From assembly GCA_040830765.1 (NCBI GenBank), contig JBFOMH010000005.1:288001-352000 (forward strand): a stretch of DNA of 64,000 bases, given 5' to 3'. Below the pieces are notes generated by a model, which ran no database searches, had not been told where the DNA came from, and saw nothing but the letters and a program-made list of their open reading frames with translations. Source of the stretch: Puniceicoccaceae bacterium (GTDB lineage: Bacteria; Verrucomicrobiota; Verrucomicrobiia; Opitutales; Oceanipulchritudinaceae). Below are positions 1 through 10,796 of the stretch, one piece after another. Numbering within the stretch: the first letter of the stretch is position 1; each line of letters begins with the position of its first letter. The position numbers and the translations under genes were made by a program.

Positions 1-510
1 AAATTCGTTGGCGACAGTGTTCTGGTGCTCCCCAAGCAGATCCCCGGAGGGATTGTAGAACCGGGTCAGGGAATCGGGTGTCCAGAGCCGCATCATGCCC
101 ACCCGGGCCTGGGGTTGCGAAAACACGATTTCGTAGCGGCTTTGACCATCCGGCAAACCGCCCGATGAGCGGGAGCCCATCAGGGTATGGGTTCCATTTT
201 TGGTGCCGGTGACGAAACTGAAAGGCAGGACAACCACGGGATAATCCACCGACACCAGCGCAGGATAGCGTTGCTCGGTGGTCGCAAATGTCAGCTCGAC
301 CCCACCCACCGATATCGGACCCAGCGGCCCACCGGTGATTTCCGGCTCATCAAAGGTTACGTGGGAATCGCCCAAGCGGTCCCGGTACTCCTCAAACTGC
401 GCCAGCGCATCGGGTCCATAGGCAATTTCTCCGGCAAGGCAATTCCCCGGGAGTGTCAAAAGCCATAACCATACGACGCATCCGATTACTTTGCTCAATT
501 GAGTTTTCAA
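1..510 (-). CDS. Secreted hypothetical protein (3' end outside window)
   Basis: Hand-translated open frame from TTG at 510: LKTQLSKVIGCVVWLWLLTLPGNCLAGEIAYGPDALAQFEEY...NTVANEF, running off the window. GAGGAGG upstream; signal-peptide-like N-terminus. Not in the ORF track (no stop codon in the window). Confidence 0.7.
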   Translation of the reverse strand, partial: MKTQLSKVIGCVVWLWLLTLPGNCLAGEIAYGPDALAQFEEYRDRLGDSHVTFDEPEITGGPLGPISVGGVELTFATTEQRYPALVSVDYPVVVLPFSFVTGTKNGTHTLMGSRSSGGLPDGQSRYEIVFSQPQARVGMMRLWTPDSLTRFYNPSGDLLGEHQNTVANEF

Positions 511-684
511 TCTGGGCCTCCTCTCATTTTGTATCCGCTTGGAAGTAAATGGTTATTATCAAATCACCCCACTTTGGGCAAGTCCAAGCCCTCTCTGAAA
601 CCTCAATTTTCGGCTAGGCTTATACGGCCAAGAAGCTTTTATCTTTGCCAATCTGCTCCTGGAATCTATTCAATCAGGGAGCAA

Positions 685-1599
685 ATGGACGACCAAATCA
701 CGCTTCTAGTACTCGCTGCCGGAATGGGGAGTCGATATGGCGGCATTAAGCAGCTGGAACCCATGGGGCCTAACGGGGAAACCCTCCTGGACTACTCCGT
801 CCATGACGCCCTAAAGGCAGGTTTTGGCAAGGTTGTCTTTGTCATTCGGCGGGAAATCGAGGAACCCTTCAGGAAAACGGTCGGCAAGCGCTACGAAGAC
901 CTGGTGCCGATTGAATATGTCTTTCAAGAACTTGATGACCTGCCTCAAGGCCATACCGCTCCCGAGGGTCGTTCAAAACCATGGGGGACCGGTCAGGCAA
1001 TCCTGGCAGCCCGTGATGTCATCGATGGATGTTTTGCCGTCATCAATGCCGATGACTTTTACGGACAGGAAGCCTATGCCGTCATCAGTCGCTACTTCAC
1101 TGAGAGTATCGAGAAAGGCACGACACCGCTCTGCATGGTCGGGTATCTCCTGGATCACACTCTTTCCCTTCACGGCAGCGTCAATCGCGGCCTTTGCCAA
1201 GGAACTGCGGGACGCCTTCAATCCGTTGAGGAAATAATCGATATCGACCGGGACCGCCACGGCACCATCCTCGGGACCAACGGGAATGGGAAGGAGGTCA
1301 TTCTTCCCCCCGATGCACTGGTCTCCATGAACTTTTGGGGCTTTTCCTCAATGGTTTTTCCTGACCTTGAACGCCACTTCATCCGCTTCCTTCAAGGCCA
1401 TAGTGAATCCCTAACCGGGGAATTCTACATTCCAACCTTTGTTGATGACCTCATCACCATGGAGGGTGCACAGTGCGACCTGTTACAGACGGACGCCTCC
1501 TGGTTCGGGGTAACCTATCCCGGCGACAAGCCGTACGTACAACAGCGTCTAAGTGAACTGATCGGGAATGGTGTTTATCCCTCCCCACTGAACGGATAA
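685..1599 (+). CDS. Sugar-phosphate nucleotidyltransferase family protein
   Basis: LLVLAAGMGSRYGGIKQL, KPWGTGQA, VINADDFYG, WFGVTY motifs; likely start MDDQIT at 685. Confidence 0.85.
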   Translation: MDDQITLLVLAAGMGSRYGGIKQLEPMGPNGETLLDYSVHDALKAGFGKVVFVIRREIEEPFRKTVGKRYEDLVPIEYVFQELDDLPQGHTAPEGRSKPWGTGQAILAARDVIDGCFAVINADDFYGQEAYAVISRYFTESIEKGTTPLCMVGYLLDHTLSLHGSVNRGLCQGTAGRLQSVEEIIDIDRDRHGTILGTNGNGKEVILPPDALVSMNFWGFSSMVFPDLERHFIRFLQGHSESLTGEFYIPTFVDDLITMEGAQCDLLQTDASWFGVTYPGDKPYVQQRLSELIGNGVYPSPLNG

Positions 1600-1603
1600 G
1601 CCG

Positions 1604-1990
1604 ATGAAGCAATCCAGGCTTATCCTGTTAACCCGGGGATTCAAGAGTCAGTGCCCGCGGTGCTGCAATCCTGACCTCTTCCAGACCCATTACCGGTTGC
1701 GGGAATGCTGCCCGTCATGCGGCCTTGCCCTTGAGCAGGAGGATGGTTGGGGGCTCGGGGCCATTCCCCTGAACTACGTTTTCACCTGCCTCTGCTGGAT
1801 ACTGCCGGTCGCCCTTGCCTACCTCATCGGATGGGTGTCCCTTACCCTGGCATTCATCCTTGCCGGTCTCGGTGCTGTCTTGGTCCCCTTTCTTACTTAT
1901 CGCCGGGCTAAGTGCCTTTGGGTTGGCATCTATTACGCCGTCCTGCCCCATGAACTCGATTCCAATATTGGCAATAAAAAGGGCGCCTGA
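1604..1990 (+). CDS. DUF983-like small membrane protein
   Basis: CPRC...CPSCG zinc-knuckle-like N-terminus followed by two hydrophobic helices. Confidence 0.7.
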   Translation: MKQSRLILLTRGFKSQCPRCCNPDLFQTHYRLRECCPSCGLALEQEDGWGLGAIPLNYVFTCLCWILPVALAYLIGWVSLTLAFILAGLGAVLVPFLTYRRAKCLWVGIYYAVLPHELDSNIGNKKGA

Positions 1991-2033
1991 TTGCTCAGGC
2001 ACCCCAGAGAATTTTCGGCTTTTGGGCAGGCAC

Positions 2034-2396
2034 TTAACGGTAACGCGGACGACCGCCATCACGGTTGCCCCCACGTCCACCAAAGCCACCGCGACCTCCG
2101 CCACGCTGGAAGCCACCGCCGCCGCCACCGCCACCGAATCCGCCACTGCGGGGCTTGCGCTCCTCAGCTTCGCGAACCCGTAACGGGCGACCTTGCAACT
2201 CCGATTCATTCAAGGCGTCAATTGCCGCTTGGCCTTCCTCGTTGTTCGGCATCTTGACAAAGCCAAAACCACGGGAGCGTCCGGACTCACGGTCAAGGAT
2301 GACGCGTGCAGACTCAACTGTGCCATATTGTTCAAACGCGCTTTGAAGTTCATCATCGCGAACTTCATAAGCGAGGTTTCCTACATAGATATCCAT
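2034..2396 (-). CDS. RRM RNA-binding protein with Gly/Arg-rich tail
   Basis: RNP2 IYVGNL, RNP1 RGFGFVKM, RGG-rich C-terminus. Confidence 0.95.
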   Translation of the reverse strand: MDIYVGNLAYEVRDDELQSAFEQYGTVESARVILDRESGRSRGFGFVKMPNNEEGQAAIDALNESELQGRPLRVREAEERKPRSGGFGGGGGGGGFQRGGGRGGFGGRGGNRDGGRPRYR

Positions 2397-2619
2397 TTAA
2401 CTTATACTAACTCGTGTGCGCACCTTTAATGGGTTCCTGCCGGTGGGTGCGCATTCCGTCATGAAACCGTTTGTTTGTCTCGATAAATCGGCTTCACATT
2501 TTCCGGATGGGATCACTGAGTTTCCAACGAATCGACGATTCCAAGCCAATGCTGCAAAGCACCATTTTAATGGAATCGACACCTATCCATGCAGGAATCC
2601 AACCCGGGAGCAATCCTAT

Positions 2620-2943
2620 TTATTCCACTCCCTCGCAGTACAATCCATACAGCGTCTCCAGCAGATGACCCACGTCGTCCCGTCCCACCCGGTAATATAC
2701 CGTCTGCCGCTCCTTGCGCGTCGCGACCAAACCTCCTCGACGTAACCGGGCCAGGTGTTGCGAAAGCGCCGAGGGACTCAGCTCAATCCGCTCCAGTAAC
2801 TGTCCCACCGATAACTCCCCCTCCTGGCTCAGCAGGCAAAGCACCCGCAATCGCTCCCCGTGACTCATCAGCCCCAAAACTGCCGTCGCCTGCTCCAGGC
2901 CAGCACTCCCCGCCAGTTCTTCCAGTTTGTCCCGCTTCTTCAT
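2620..2943 (-). CDS. ArsR/SmtB repressor, BigR/SqrR/YgaV-like
   Basis: RLRVLCLL...SALSQHLARLR...RQTVYY winged helix; Cys in helix 2 and C-terminal LYC. Confidence 0.9.
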   Translation of the reverse strand: MKKRDKLEELAGSAGLEQATAVLGLMSHGERLRVLCLLSQEGELSVGQLLERIELSPSALSQHLARLRRGGLVATRKERQTVYYRVGRDDVGHLLETLYGLYCEGVE

Positions 2944-2952
2944 CGTAATTAA

Positions 2953-2992
2953 TAATTTAGTGTTGACTAATTTAGTTTTTGCTTAATTTAGT
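2953..2992. promoter_or_regulatory. Putative ArsR operator in divergent promoter
   Basis: Three exact TAATTTAGT copies (2953, 2968, 2984) including the imperfect palindrome ATTTAG-N6-CTAATT, in the 55-bp gap between divergent genes. Confidence 0.6.
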
Positions 2993-2998
2993 GGGGGT

Positions 2999-3241
2999 AT
3001 GCAAGCAGAAAAGCAAAAAAAGATGAATCTGGACCGGGCCGTGATGGCGATGGCAGGGAGCTTTATCGTGATCAGTGTGGTCCTTGGGATCATTTGGACG
3101 CAATGGGCCCTGCTGTTCACGGCTTTCGTGGGCGCAAATCTCCTTCAAGCAGCCTTTACAGGTTTCTGTCCGGCGGCTATGATTTTCCGCAAGCTGGGTT
3201 TGCGAGCGGGCTGTGCCTTTGGCGGTTCCGAGGAAGCCTGA
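2999..3241 (+). CDS. DUF2892 (YgaP-like) small membrane protein
   Basis: Two TM helices with VGANLLQAAFTGFCP motif. Confidence 0.85.
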   Translation: MQAEKQKKMNLDRAVMAMAGSFIVISVVLGIIWTQWALLFTAFVGANLLQAAFTGFCPAAMIFRKLGLRAGCAFGGSEEA

Positions 3242-3262
3242 AACGAATCAAGGAAGGGGAAA

Positions 3263-4270
3263 ATGGTGAGAAGCGTATCAATGGGATTGGCGATCCTGCT
3301 GTTGGCCGGATGTGGTCATCAGGAGGGAAAAGATACGGCGATTGTACTGCCCGAGGCTGACGTTTGGACCCATCTGGTTGGCGAGCGTACACACACCCGC
3401 ATGCAATGGTTACCGGGGACAGTCTATCCGGTCGAGCAAGCGCTGGTTGCGGCAAAGATCATGGCAACCGTGGAGGAGGTTTCCTTCACGATCGGGCAGG
3501 CTGTGACTGCGGGGGACATTTTAATCGAGTTACGCGCGGATGAGATTGATGCCCGGGTGGAACAGGCGGAAGCAGCGTTGGCACAACTGGAACGCAATTA
3601 TGAGCGGGACAAGGGCCTGCTGGCCCAAAGCGCGACTACCGCGGAAGCAGTTCGCACCCTTGAGGACAGGATTCGGCTGGCAAAAGCCGAACTGGCAGAA
3701 GCCAAGACAATGGAAGGCTACCAGCTGATACGGGCACCTTTCAACGGGACGGTAACTTCGAAGAAGGTACGCCGGGGAGACTTGGCGACGCCGGGTATGG
3801 TCCTATTCTCGATTGAAGGAAGCGGCGCTTTGGAAATACAGGTGCAGGTCCCGGACTCGCTTTCCGCCCTGCCCTATGGAACGGTGGTGGCGATTGAAGC
3901 AGACAGGCAGAAGCTTGAGAGCCGCCTTGCGGAATGGTCACCAGCTGCGGATCCGGCAAGCCGGACCCGGCTGGTAAAACTGGTCCTCCCGGCTGAATCA
4001 CCGGTTCGATCCGGTCAGTATGTACGTGTGGGCTGGCCCGCCGGCGAGACCACATCCATCTGGATACCTGCGGAAGCCCTCAGCATTCACGGCCAGATGG
4101 AACGGGTTTACCTGGTTGAGGAAAGCTTCCTTCGTCTGCGGATGATCAAGACCGGTATCCGCGAGGCTGGCTGGATTCAAGTCCTGGCTGGCCTGAAATC
4201 CGGTGACCAGGTGGTCCTTTCCCCTGGAAACCAACTGAAGGACGGACAACCCGCAAAGGTAATCCAGTGA
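3263..4270 (+). CDS. RND efflux periplasmic adaptor (MFP), lipoprotein
   Basis: Lipobox LLAGC, alpha-hairpin, [18 protein letters not shown]. Confidence 0.9.
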   Translation: MVRSVSMGLAILLLAGCGHQEGKDTAIVLPEADVWTHLVGERTHTRMQWLPGTVYPVEQALVAAKIMATVEEVSFTIGQAVTAGDILIELRADEIDARVEQAEAALAQLERNYERDKGLLAQSATTAEAVRTLEDRIRLAKAELAEAKTMEGYQLIRAPFNGTVTSKKVRRGDLATPGMVLFSIEGSGALEIQVQVPDSLSALPYGTVVAIEADRQKLESRLAEWSPAADPASRTRLVKLVLPAESPVRSGQYVRVGWPAGETTSIWIPAEALSIHGQMERVYLVEESFLRLRMIKTGIREAGWIQVLAGLKSGDQVVLSPGNQLKDGQPAKVIQ

Positions 4271-7200
4271 AAAACGATACCCAATTTGGATTTGCGGGAC
4301 GGCTGGCTTCATTCTTCATCGATTCCAAGCTGACCCCGATCGCGATTATTGCCTCCATCCTGCTGGGCATATTCGCGGTCCTGCAGCTACCGCGCGAGGA
4401 AGAGCCGCAAATCAAGGTGCCGATGATAGATGTCTTCGTCTCCATGCCGGGCACCCAACCGAGGGAGCTGGAGAACCGGGTAACCCGCCCGATGGAGAAG
4501 TTGCTCTGGGAAATTCCTGACGTTGAGTACATCTATTCCACCACCAGTCCCGGACAGGCCATGGTCATTGTCCGCTTTGAAGTTGGGACCGATTTGGAAG
4601 CCGCTCTGGTCAGGTTGAACCAGAAGTTGCAGACCAATTTCGATCGCATCCCTCCCGAGGCCAGCTTGCCGATGATCAAGCCAAGGACGATCGATGATGT
4701 CCCGGTACTGGCAATGACCTTCCACTCGGAATCCTATGACCACCTCACCCTGCGGCGGATAGCAGCCCAGGTTGATGACGCTATCAAGCCCATCAATCAG
4801 GTTGCGGAGACCACATTGATCGGCGGCACGACCCGGCAAATTCGGATTACCCTTGATCATGCTGCGCTGGCCGCCCATCAAATCAATCCGCTGTCCCTGG
4901 CGGCCACCCTCAGGAGTGCCAACACCAGTCGGCAGCTGGGCTCCTTGCCGATGGACAGTGAAGACGTTCTTCTTGAGACAGGAGACTTCTTCAAGACCGT
5001 CGAGGATGTGGATAATCTTGTCGTCGGGGTCTTTGCCGACCGGCCCGTTTACCTGGGTACTGTCGCCGAAGTTCGGGACATGTCGTCCGAGCCTGTTGAC
5101 TATGTCTTTCACACGCGTCCCGGTGGTTCCTTCGAAAGTGCGGTCACCTTGAGTGTTTCCAAGCGCCCGGGAGCCAACGCCATTGATGTCGTCAACGAAG
5201 TCCTGACCAAGGTCGATTCCTTCAAGGGGACCCTGATCCCAGCCGACATTGAGGTCACGGTGACCCGGGATTATGGCCACACGGCAGCCGAAAAGAGTAA
5301 CGAACTCCTCCTTCACATGGGCATTGCTGTATTCGGAGTCGCCTTGTTGATCCTCTTTTTCCTCGGATGGCGGGAGTCGCTGGTCGTCCTTCTGGCCATC
5401 CCCTCCACTCTTGCTCTGACGCTACTTGTTTTCTTTCTCTACGGCTACACCCTCAACCGGATCACCCTTTTCGCCCTTATATTCTCGATCGGGATCCTCG
5501 TCGATGATGCCATCGTTGTCGTTGAAAACATCGTCCGCCATGTGCGGATGAAGTCCAGCCAGGGCAAAACATTGACCGAAGTCGCCTTGACGGCAGTTGA
5601 CGAAGTCGGGAACCCCACTGTCCTTGCCACATGGGCAGTCATAGCGGCCATCCTGCCGATGGCCTTTGTCGGAGGCCTTATGGGACCCTACATGCGGCCG
5701 ATCCCCATTGGTTCGACTGCGGCCATGCTTTTTTCCCTGGTGATTGCCTTTACTGTTACCCCGTGGGCTGCTGTCCGGGTCATCCGTCGCCATGCCAAAG
5801 CAGAGGTGCCTGAAGGGGAAGGAACGACTGCTGACGGCCATGAAGTGCCAGATGACATCTTCACCCGGCTCTATCACAAAGTCATGGAGCCCTTGCTGGA
5901 CAAAGGCCTGTGGCGCTGGAGCTTCCTCGTAGCCATCGGCTTCCTGCTGGTCGCATCCATGGCTCTGGTCGGGCTCGGCTTGGTGAAAGTCAAAATGCTG
6001 CCTTTCGACAACAAGTCGGAGTTCCAAGTGATTATCAATGCGAAGGAAGGATCCACCTTGGAGGAAACCACCCGGATGGCGATGGAGATGGCGGAAGCTG
6101 TCCGCGGGGAACCGGAGGTCAGTGATATCCAGGTCTACGCGGGAACGGCCGCTCCATTTAATTTCAATGGCCTGGTTCGTCACTACTTCCTCCGCAAGGG
6201 ACCGAATGTCGCCGACCTGCAGGTCAATCTGGTCGGCAAGCACGACCGGGACCTGCAAAGCCACGATATTGCTGGTCGCATCCGGCCGGTCGTCACGGAG
6301 ATTGCCGAACGATATGGAGCCGTCGTCGCTGTAGCCGAAGTACCCCCTGGCCCGCCAGTTCTGCAAACAATTGTTGCAGAGGTCTACGGACCGGATCCGG
6401 ACAAGCGGACCGAGCTGGCCCGCAAAGTGCGGCAAATCATGCTGGAGACCGATGGCGTCGTTGATGTCGACTGGTACATCCAGGAGCCGCAGACAAAACT
6501 GAGATATATCGTCGACGAGGCCAAAGCCGCTCTCCACGGAATCACCGAGGATGACCTGAACAAGGTTCTCGGACTGGCCAGCCAGGGCATGGCCGTCGAC
6601 TTGCTGCACCTGCCGGATGAACGGGAGGACGTCCTCATCCACCTGGAGTTTCCCGACGAGGCCAAAGCCAAGCCGGAAGACCTCCTCGCCCTGCAGGTCC
6701 GCTCTCCGAGGATGCCCGAATCACCACTGGTTCCCCTTTCTGAATTGGTCAGGATTGAGAGCGCTATCGCGGAACAGCCGCTCTACCGGAAAAACCTGAA
6801 ACCGGTGACCTATGTCACGGCTGACGTCGGGGGTGCCATCGAGAGCCCGGCCTACGCCCTATTCAAGATCAACAAGGCCTTGAAGGAAATTGACATGCGG
6901 GCCTACGGCGCGAGCACCAGTGATTTCAAGCTGCATCATCTCAATCTTCCTTTTGACGACCAGGAACCGGCCATGAAATGGGACGGTGAGTGGCATATAA
7001 CCCTCGAGGTATTCCGCGACCTTGGCCTCGCTTTTGCCGCCGTCCTGGTCTTGATCGCAATGTTGATGGTGGGATGGTTCAAGAGCTACAAGACCCCACT
7101 GGTCGTCATGGCGGCAATTCCCTTCTCCCTCGTCGGGATTCTCCCCGCTCATTGGGCCATGGGCGCGTTTTTTACCGCCACTTCCATGATCGGGTTCATG

Positions 7201-7497
7201 GCCGGCGCGGGGATCGTTGTGCGCAACTCGATTATCCTCGTGGACTTCATCGAGCTTCGCCGTGAGCAGGGCCTGGCGCTTCGCGAGGCGGTTGTCGAGG
7301 CGGGTGCGGTGCGTTTCCGACCGATGCTGCTGACTGCACTGGCTGTTGTCGTGGGAGCGAGTGTCATCCTCGCGGATCCGATCTTCCAGGGCCTTGCCAT
7401 CAGCCTCATGTTTGGGGAAATCGCTTCCCTGGCAATCAGCCGCATGGCCGTACCAGTGCTTTATTACATGAGTGCCGGAAAGGCGGATCAGGATTGA
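4267..7497 (+). CDS. RND efflux permease (AcrB/AcrD/AcrF family)
   Basis: 1076 aa; [44 protein letters not shown]. Confidence 0.95.
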   Translation: MKNDTQFGFAGRLASFFIDSKLTPIAIIASILLGIFAVLQLPREEEPQIKVPMIDVFVSMPGTQPRELENRVTRPMEKLLWEIPDVEYIYSTTSPGQAMVIVRFEVGTDLEAALVRLNQKLQTNFDRIPPEASLPMIKPRTIDDVPVLAMTFHSESYDHLTLRRIAAQVDDAIKPINQVAETTLIGGTTRQIRITLDHAALAAHQINPLSLAATLRSANTSRQLGSLPMDSEDVLLETGDFFKTVEDVDNLVVGVFADRPVYLGTVAEVRDMSSEPVDYVFHTRPGGSFESAVTLSVSKRPGANAIDVVNEVLTKVDSFKGTLIPADIEVTVTRDYGHTAAEKSNELLLHMGIAVFGVALLILFFLGWRESLVVLLAIPSTLALTLLVFFLYGYTLNRITLFALIFSIGILVDDAIVVVENIVRHVRMKSSQGKTLTEVALTAVDEVGNPTVLATWAVIAAILPMAFVGGLMGPYMRPIPIGSTAAMLFSLVIAFTVTPWAAVRVIRRHAKAEVPEGEGTTADGHEVPDDIFTRLYHKVMEPLLDKGLWRWSFLVAIGFLLVASMALVGLGLVKVKMLPFDNKSEFQVIINAKEGSTLEETTRMAMEMAEAVRGEPEVSDIQVYAGTAAPFNFNGLVRHYFLRKGPNVADLQVNLVGKHDRDLQSHDIAGRIRPVVTEIAERYGAVVAVAEVPPGPPVLQTIVAEVYGPDPDKRTELARKVRQIMLETDGVVDVDWYIQEPQTKLRYIVDEAKAALHGITEDDLNKVLGLASQGMAVDLLHLPDEREDVLIHLEFPDEAKAKPEDLLALQVRSPRMPESPLVPLSELVRIESAIAEQPLYRKNLKPVTYVTADVGGAIESPAYALFKINKALKEIDMRAYGASTSDFKLHHLNLPFDDQEPAMKWDGEWHITLEVFRDLGLAFAAVLVLIAMLMVGWFKSYKTPLVVMAAIPFSLVGILPAHWAMGAFFTATSMIGFMAGAGIVVRNSIILVDFIELRREQGLALREAVVEAGAVRFRPMLLTALAVVVGASVILADPIFQGLAISLMFGEIASLAISRMAVPVLYYMSAGKADQD

Positions 7498-8219
7498 AGC
7501 AGCTGGATGGCCTCAGCCACATCCAAGTGATCGTCGTAAATAGCCTTCCCGCTGATCACCCCGTTGAGGTTGGAATGGGTGGAGGCGATTTCCTTGAATC
7601 GGGCAACGTCATCCAGCGAGGCTACCCCACCTGATGCAATGACATCGATCTCCAGGTTGTTCAGCATCTCCAACTGGGCCTCAAAATTCGGCCCAATCAT
7701 CATGCCATCCCGGCTGATGTCGGTGTAGATAATGGTGTGAATGCCAATATCCTGCACGGTCCGGGCAAACTCAAGGGCCGAGAGGTCGACGTTCTCGATC
7801 CAGCCCTTGACGGCTACCTTGCCATCCTTGGCATCAATGCCGACAGCCAGGTTATCCGGATCAAAATGGTGAAGACAGGCATAGAGGAAGTTCGGGTCCG
7901 TGACCGCCTTGGTCCCAATAATCACTCGCTGGACGCCAAGGTCGAGCCAGTGGCGAATCACTTCAATGGAACGGATGCCGCCTCCCAGCTCGACTTTCAG
8001 GCCGGACTCAAGGATGGCCTCAACCGCCTGGCCGTTTTCCTGCTTACCGGTAAACGCCCCATCAAGGTCCACCACATGAACCCATTCAGCACCAGCTTCC
8101 CGGAACTTTCCCGCCGGTTCAGAGGCATCGTCCGCATAGACGGTCTCTGCATCGGCCCGCCCCTGTTCGAGCCGGACAACGCGTCCTCCCTTGAGGTCAA
8201 TTGCTGGGTAAAAAATCAT
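7488..8219 (-). CDS. hisA: ProFAR isomerase HisA
   Basis: [43 protein letters not shown]; overlaps the RND stop convergently by 10 bp. Confidence 0.95.
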   Translation of the reverse strand: MIFYPAIDLKGGRVVRLEQGRADAETVYADDASEPAGKFREAGAEWVHVVDLDGAFTGKQENGQAVEAILESGLKVELGGGIRSIEVIRHWLDLGVQRVIIGTKAVTDPNFLYACLHHFDPDNLAVGIDAKDGKVAVKGWIENVDLSALEFARTVQDIGIHTIIYTDISRDGMMIGPNFEAQLEMLNNLEIDVIASGGVASLDDVARFKEIASTHSNLNGVISGKAIYDDHLDVAEAIQLLQS

Positions 8220-8349
8220 TTCCTTAACGCTGTACGCGAAAAACCATAACGACCAGTTCATTTTCCAGAACTTCTCCTTCTTAACATAAATTTTTAATTA
8301 ATTCACGCGCGGACTGGCAGGAAAGCATTCGAGCCCTATAGTAGCAGAC

Positions 8350-9420
8350 ATGGTACAAAAATCCCAAGCTCCGGCCTTTCTGGTCGACCTCCTCAATGCC
8401 CGCTCTCCCTCCGGATATGAATCGGAGGCCCAAGCCGTTGTTGATGAATATGTTCAACCCGCATCGGATCAATATCGCAAGGATGCCCTTGGTAACCGCA
8501 TTGCCTCCCTGGAGGCAAATGGTGGGCCGACGGTGATGATGGCCGGCCACATGGATGAACTCGGACTCCTCATTACCTACGTTGATGATAATGGCTTTCT
8601 CTACTTCAGAAACGTAGGCGGGATTGACCTGACCACCATCGCTGGTCGACGGGTCTCCATCCTTACACGTGATGGCGTCGTAACCGGCGTGACCGGTCGC
8701 AGGGCGATTCACCTCTTGAACGCCGAGGAGAGGAAGAAGGTCCCCGAGTTGCAAAACCTCTGGATCGATATCGGGGCCAAGGACAAGGAGGACGCACTAA
8801 AACGGGTCCGCATCGGGGATGTGGCCGTGTACGACCATGGATTCGAGATGATGACGGACTCGATCGGTATTGCGAGGGCCTTTGATGACAAGGCAGGCTG
8901 CTACGTTGTCTGCGAAGTCCTGAGAAGGTTGGCCAAGGAGCGGGAGTCCTTTACCGCCGGCATGGTGGCCATTGCCACCAGCCAGGAGGAAATCGGGTGC
9001 CGCGGTGCCCGGGCAGTGGCCGGCGGCGTGGAGGCAGATTTTGCCATTGCCGTGGATGTGGGCCACGCGACGGATCATCCGGAATGCGACAACCGACGCT
9101 TTGGCGAGTTCAAACTTGGCGGTGGTCCCATCATCACCCGGGGGGCTAATATTAATCCGTTTGTCTTCGAGCGTCTGGTCGAGGTTGCTGAAGCCAAGAA
9201 GATCCCTTTCCAGATCGAGGCAGATCCCCGCCCCACCGGAACCGATGGACGTGAACTGCAAATGGCTCCGGGTGGATTGGCCACCGGCGTTGTCTCCATC
9301 CCGCTCCGCTACATGCATACCCCGAGTGAGATGGTCGACCTGCGGGACGTTGAAAACACAGTCCAGTTGCTCACCGCCTTTACCCAGTCCCTCAAAGCCG
9401 GCGATTCCGGGGAGTGGTAA
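8350..9420 (+). CDS. M42 family metallo-aminopeptidase
   Basis: SPSGYE, AGHMDELG, AFDDKAG, QEEIG, VDVGHA, PLRYMHTP. Confidence 0.9.
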   Translation: MVQKSQAPAFLVDLLNARSPSGYESEAQAVVDEYVQPASDQYRKDALGNRIASLEANGGPTVMMAGHMDELGLLITYVDDNGFLYFRNVGGIDLTTIAGRRVSILTRDGVVTGVTGRRAIHLLNAEERKKVPELQNLWIDIGAKDKEDALKRVRIGDVAVYDHGFEMMTDSIGIARAFDDKAGCYVVCEVLRRLAKERESFTAGMVAIATSQEEIGCRGARAVAGGVEADFAIAVDVGHATDHPECDNRRFGEFKLGGGPIITRGANINPFVFERLVEVAEAKKIPFQIEADPRPTGTDGRELQMAPGGLATGVVSIPLRYMHTPSEMVDLRDVENTVQLLTAFTQSLKAGDSGEW

Positions 9421-9444
9421 ACAACTCTGGAGGTTGCATGCAGA

Positions 9445-9497
9445 AACTACAGGCGGGACGCCTGTAGTCCATTGGAGTACAGGCGTCCCGCCTGTAC
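9445..9497. repeat. REP-like palindrome doublet (ACAGGCGGGACGCCTGT family)
   Basis: ACTACAGGCGGGACGCCTGTAGT (9446-9468) followed by inverted GTACAGGCGTCCCGCCTGTAC (9477-9497), between convergent genes. Confidence 0.8.
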
Positions 9498-9503
9498 CGC
9501 AAT

Positions 9504-10790
9504 CTAGGCCGCGTCTTCCTTGTACTTCAGCTTTGGCTTGGCCTTGCCGGTCACAACTGACTGGGTAATGATCACTTCCTTGACATCCTTGTACTCAGGA
9601 AGCTGATACATGATATCCAGCATGATGCCTTCCATGATGGAGCGCAGGGCCCGGGCACCTGTTTTCAGGACAAGCGCCTTTTCCGCAACCGCACGAATGG
9701 CATCCTTGCGGAAAGTCAGCTTCACCCCTTCCATTTCGAAGAGTTTGACGTACTGCTTGGTGATAGCGTTGCGGGTCTGGGTCAGGATGTGCTCCAACTG
9801 CCCTTGATCCAGTTCCTCCAGAACGGAAACAACCGGCAAGCGACCAATGAATTCCGGAATCAGTCCATAACGGACCAGGTCCTCCGGAGCCAGCTCAGTA
9901 AAAATGTGTTCGCCGTCCCAGTTAGTATGGCCTGTCTCTTCCCACCCAATGGTACCTTTGCCCATGCGGCGGCGAATGATGTCTTCGAGGCCGACGAAGG
10001 CCCCGCCACAGATGAAGAGGACATTCTCCGTATTGACCTGGATGTATTCCTGATTGGGATGCTTGCGCCCCCCTTGTGGTGGAACGTTGCAGACCGTGCC
10101 CTCGAGGATTTTCAAAAGCGCTTGCTGTACGCCTTCACCGGAAACATCGCGGGTAATGGAGACATTATCGGTTTTGCGGCCGATCTTATCGATCTCATCG
10201 ACGTAGATAATGCCACACTCCGCCTTGGCCACATCATAGTTGGCAGCCTGAAGAAGACGCAGGACGATGTTCTCGACGTCTTCACCGACGTAGCCCGCCT
10301 CTGTCAGGGTTGTGGCATCTGCGATGGCAAAAGGAACTTCCAGAAGATCCGCCAATGTCCGGGCAAGGAGCGTTTTCCCGCTACCAGTTGGTCCGGCCAG
10401 GAGGACATTGCTTTTCTCAATCCGAACCTCGCTCTCGTCACCTGCGGCGGCCGCTTCCTTCTTCTCCTCATCGGTCTTCAACTCAGCCTGCAAACGCTTG
10501 TAGTGGTTGTACACCGCGACCGAGAGGACCTTCTTGGCATGGTCCTGACCCACTACGTCAAGGTCCAGCATAGCCTTAATCTCGGTCGGCTTGGAGAGTT
10601 TGAAGGGCTTGGTGGCCTCAGCCCGGGCCGTCGCTCCAGCTTCCCTCAGTTCCCGGTCGATGATGGTCTTGCAGACATCCACGCAGGAATCACAGATGTA
10701 CACACCAGCAGGTCCGGCAATAATCTTGCGGACTTCAGACTGCGATTTACCGCAGAAACTGCAAAAGGTCATCTTTGAGGCACGAGCCAT
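9504..10790 (-). CDS. clpX: Clp protease ATPase subunit ClpX
   Basis: CSFCGK zinc finger, [33 protein letters not shown]. Confidence 0.98.
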   Translation of the reverse strand: MARASKMTFCSFCGKSQSEVRKIIAGPAGVYICDSCVDVCKTIIDRELREAGATARAEATKPFKLSKPTEIKAMLDLDVVGQDHAKKVLSVAVYNHYKRLQAELKTDEEKKEAAAAGDESEVRIEKSNVLLAGPTGSGKTLLARTLADLLEVPFAIADATTLTEAGYVGEDVENIVLRLLQAANYDVAKAECGIIYVDEIDKIGRKTDNVSITRDVSGEGVQQALLKILEGTVCNVPPQGGRKHPNQEYIQVNTENVLFICGGAFVGLEDIIRRRMGKGTIGWEETGHTNWDGEHIFTELAPEDLVRYGLIPEFIGRLPVVSVLEELDQGQLEHILTQTRNAITKQYVKLFEMEGVKLTFRKDAIRAVAEKALVLKTGARALRSIMEGIMLDIMYQLPEYKDVKEVIITQSVVTGKAKPKLKYKEDAA

Positions 10791-10796
10791 GGGAAG

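Noticed and set aside
499..684. N-terminal extension of the nucleotidyltransferase ORF
   Set aside because: Family motifs start at MDDQIT (685); the upstream part is AT-richer divergent promoter sequence. Over-long starts were likewise trimmed for hisA, ggt, lexA, ilvN, phhB, thpR, hemE and the TA genes.
2065..2346. Pro-rich plus-strand ORF
   Set aside because: Reverse complement of the Gly-rich tail of the RRM gene.
4387..6642. Long minus-strand ORFs (309 and 406 aa) within the RND gene
   Set aside because: Antisense shadows of a clear GC-rich CDS; no motifs. Same for 9789-10778, 11630-12907, 30747-31856, 35955-37031, 41890-42945.
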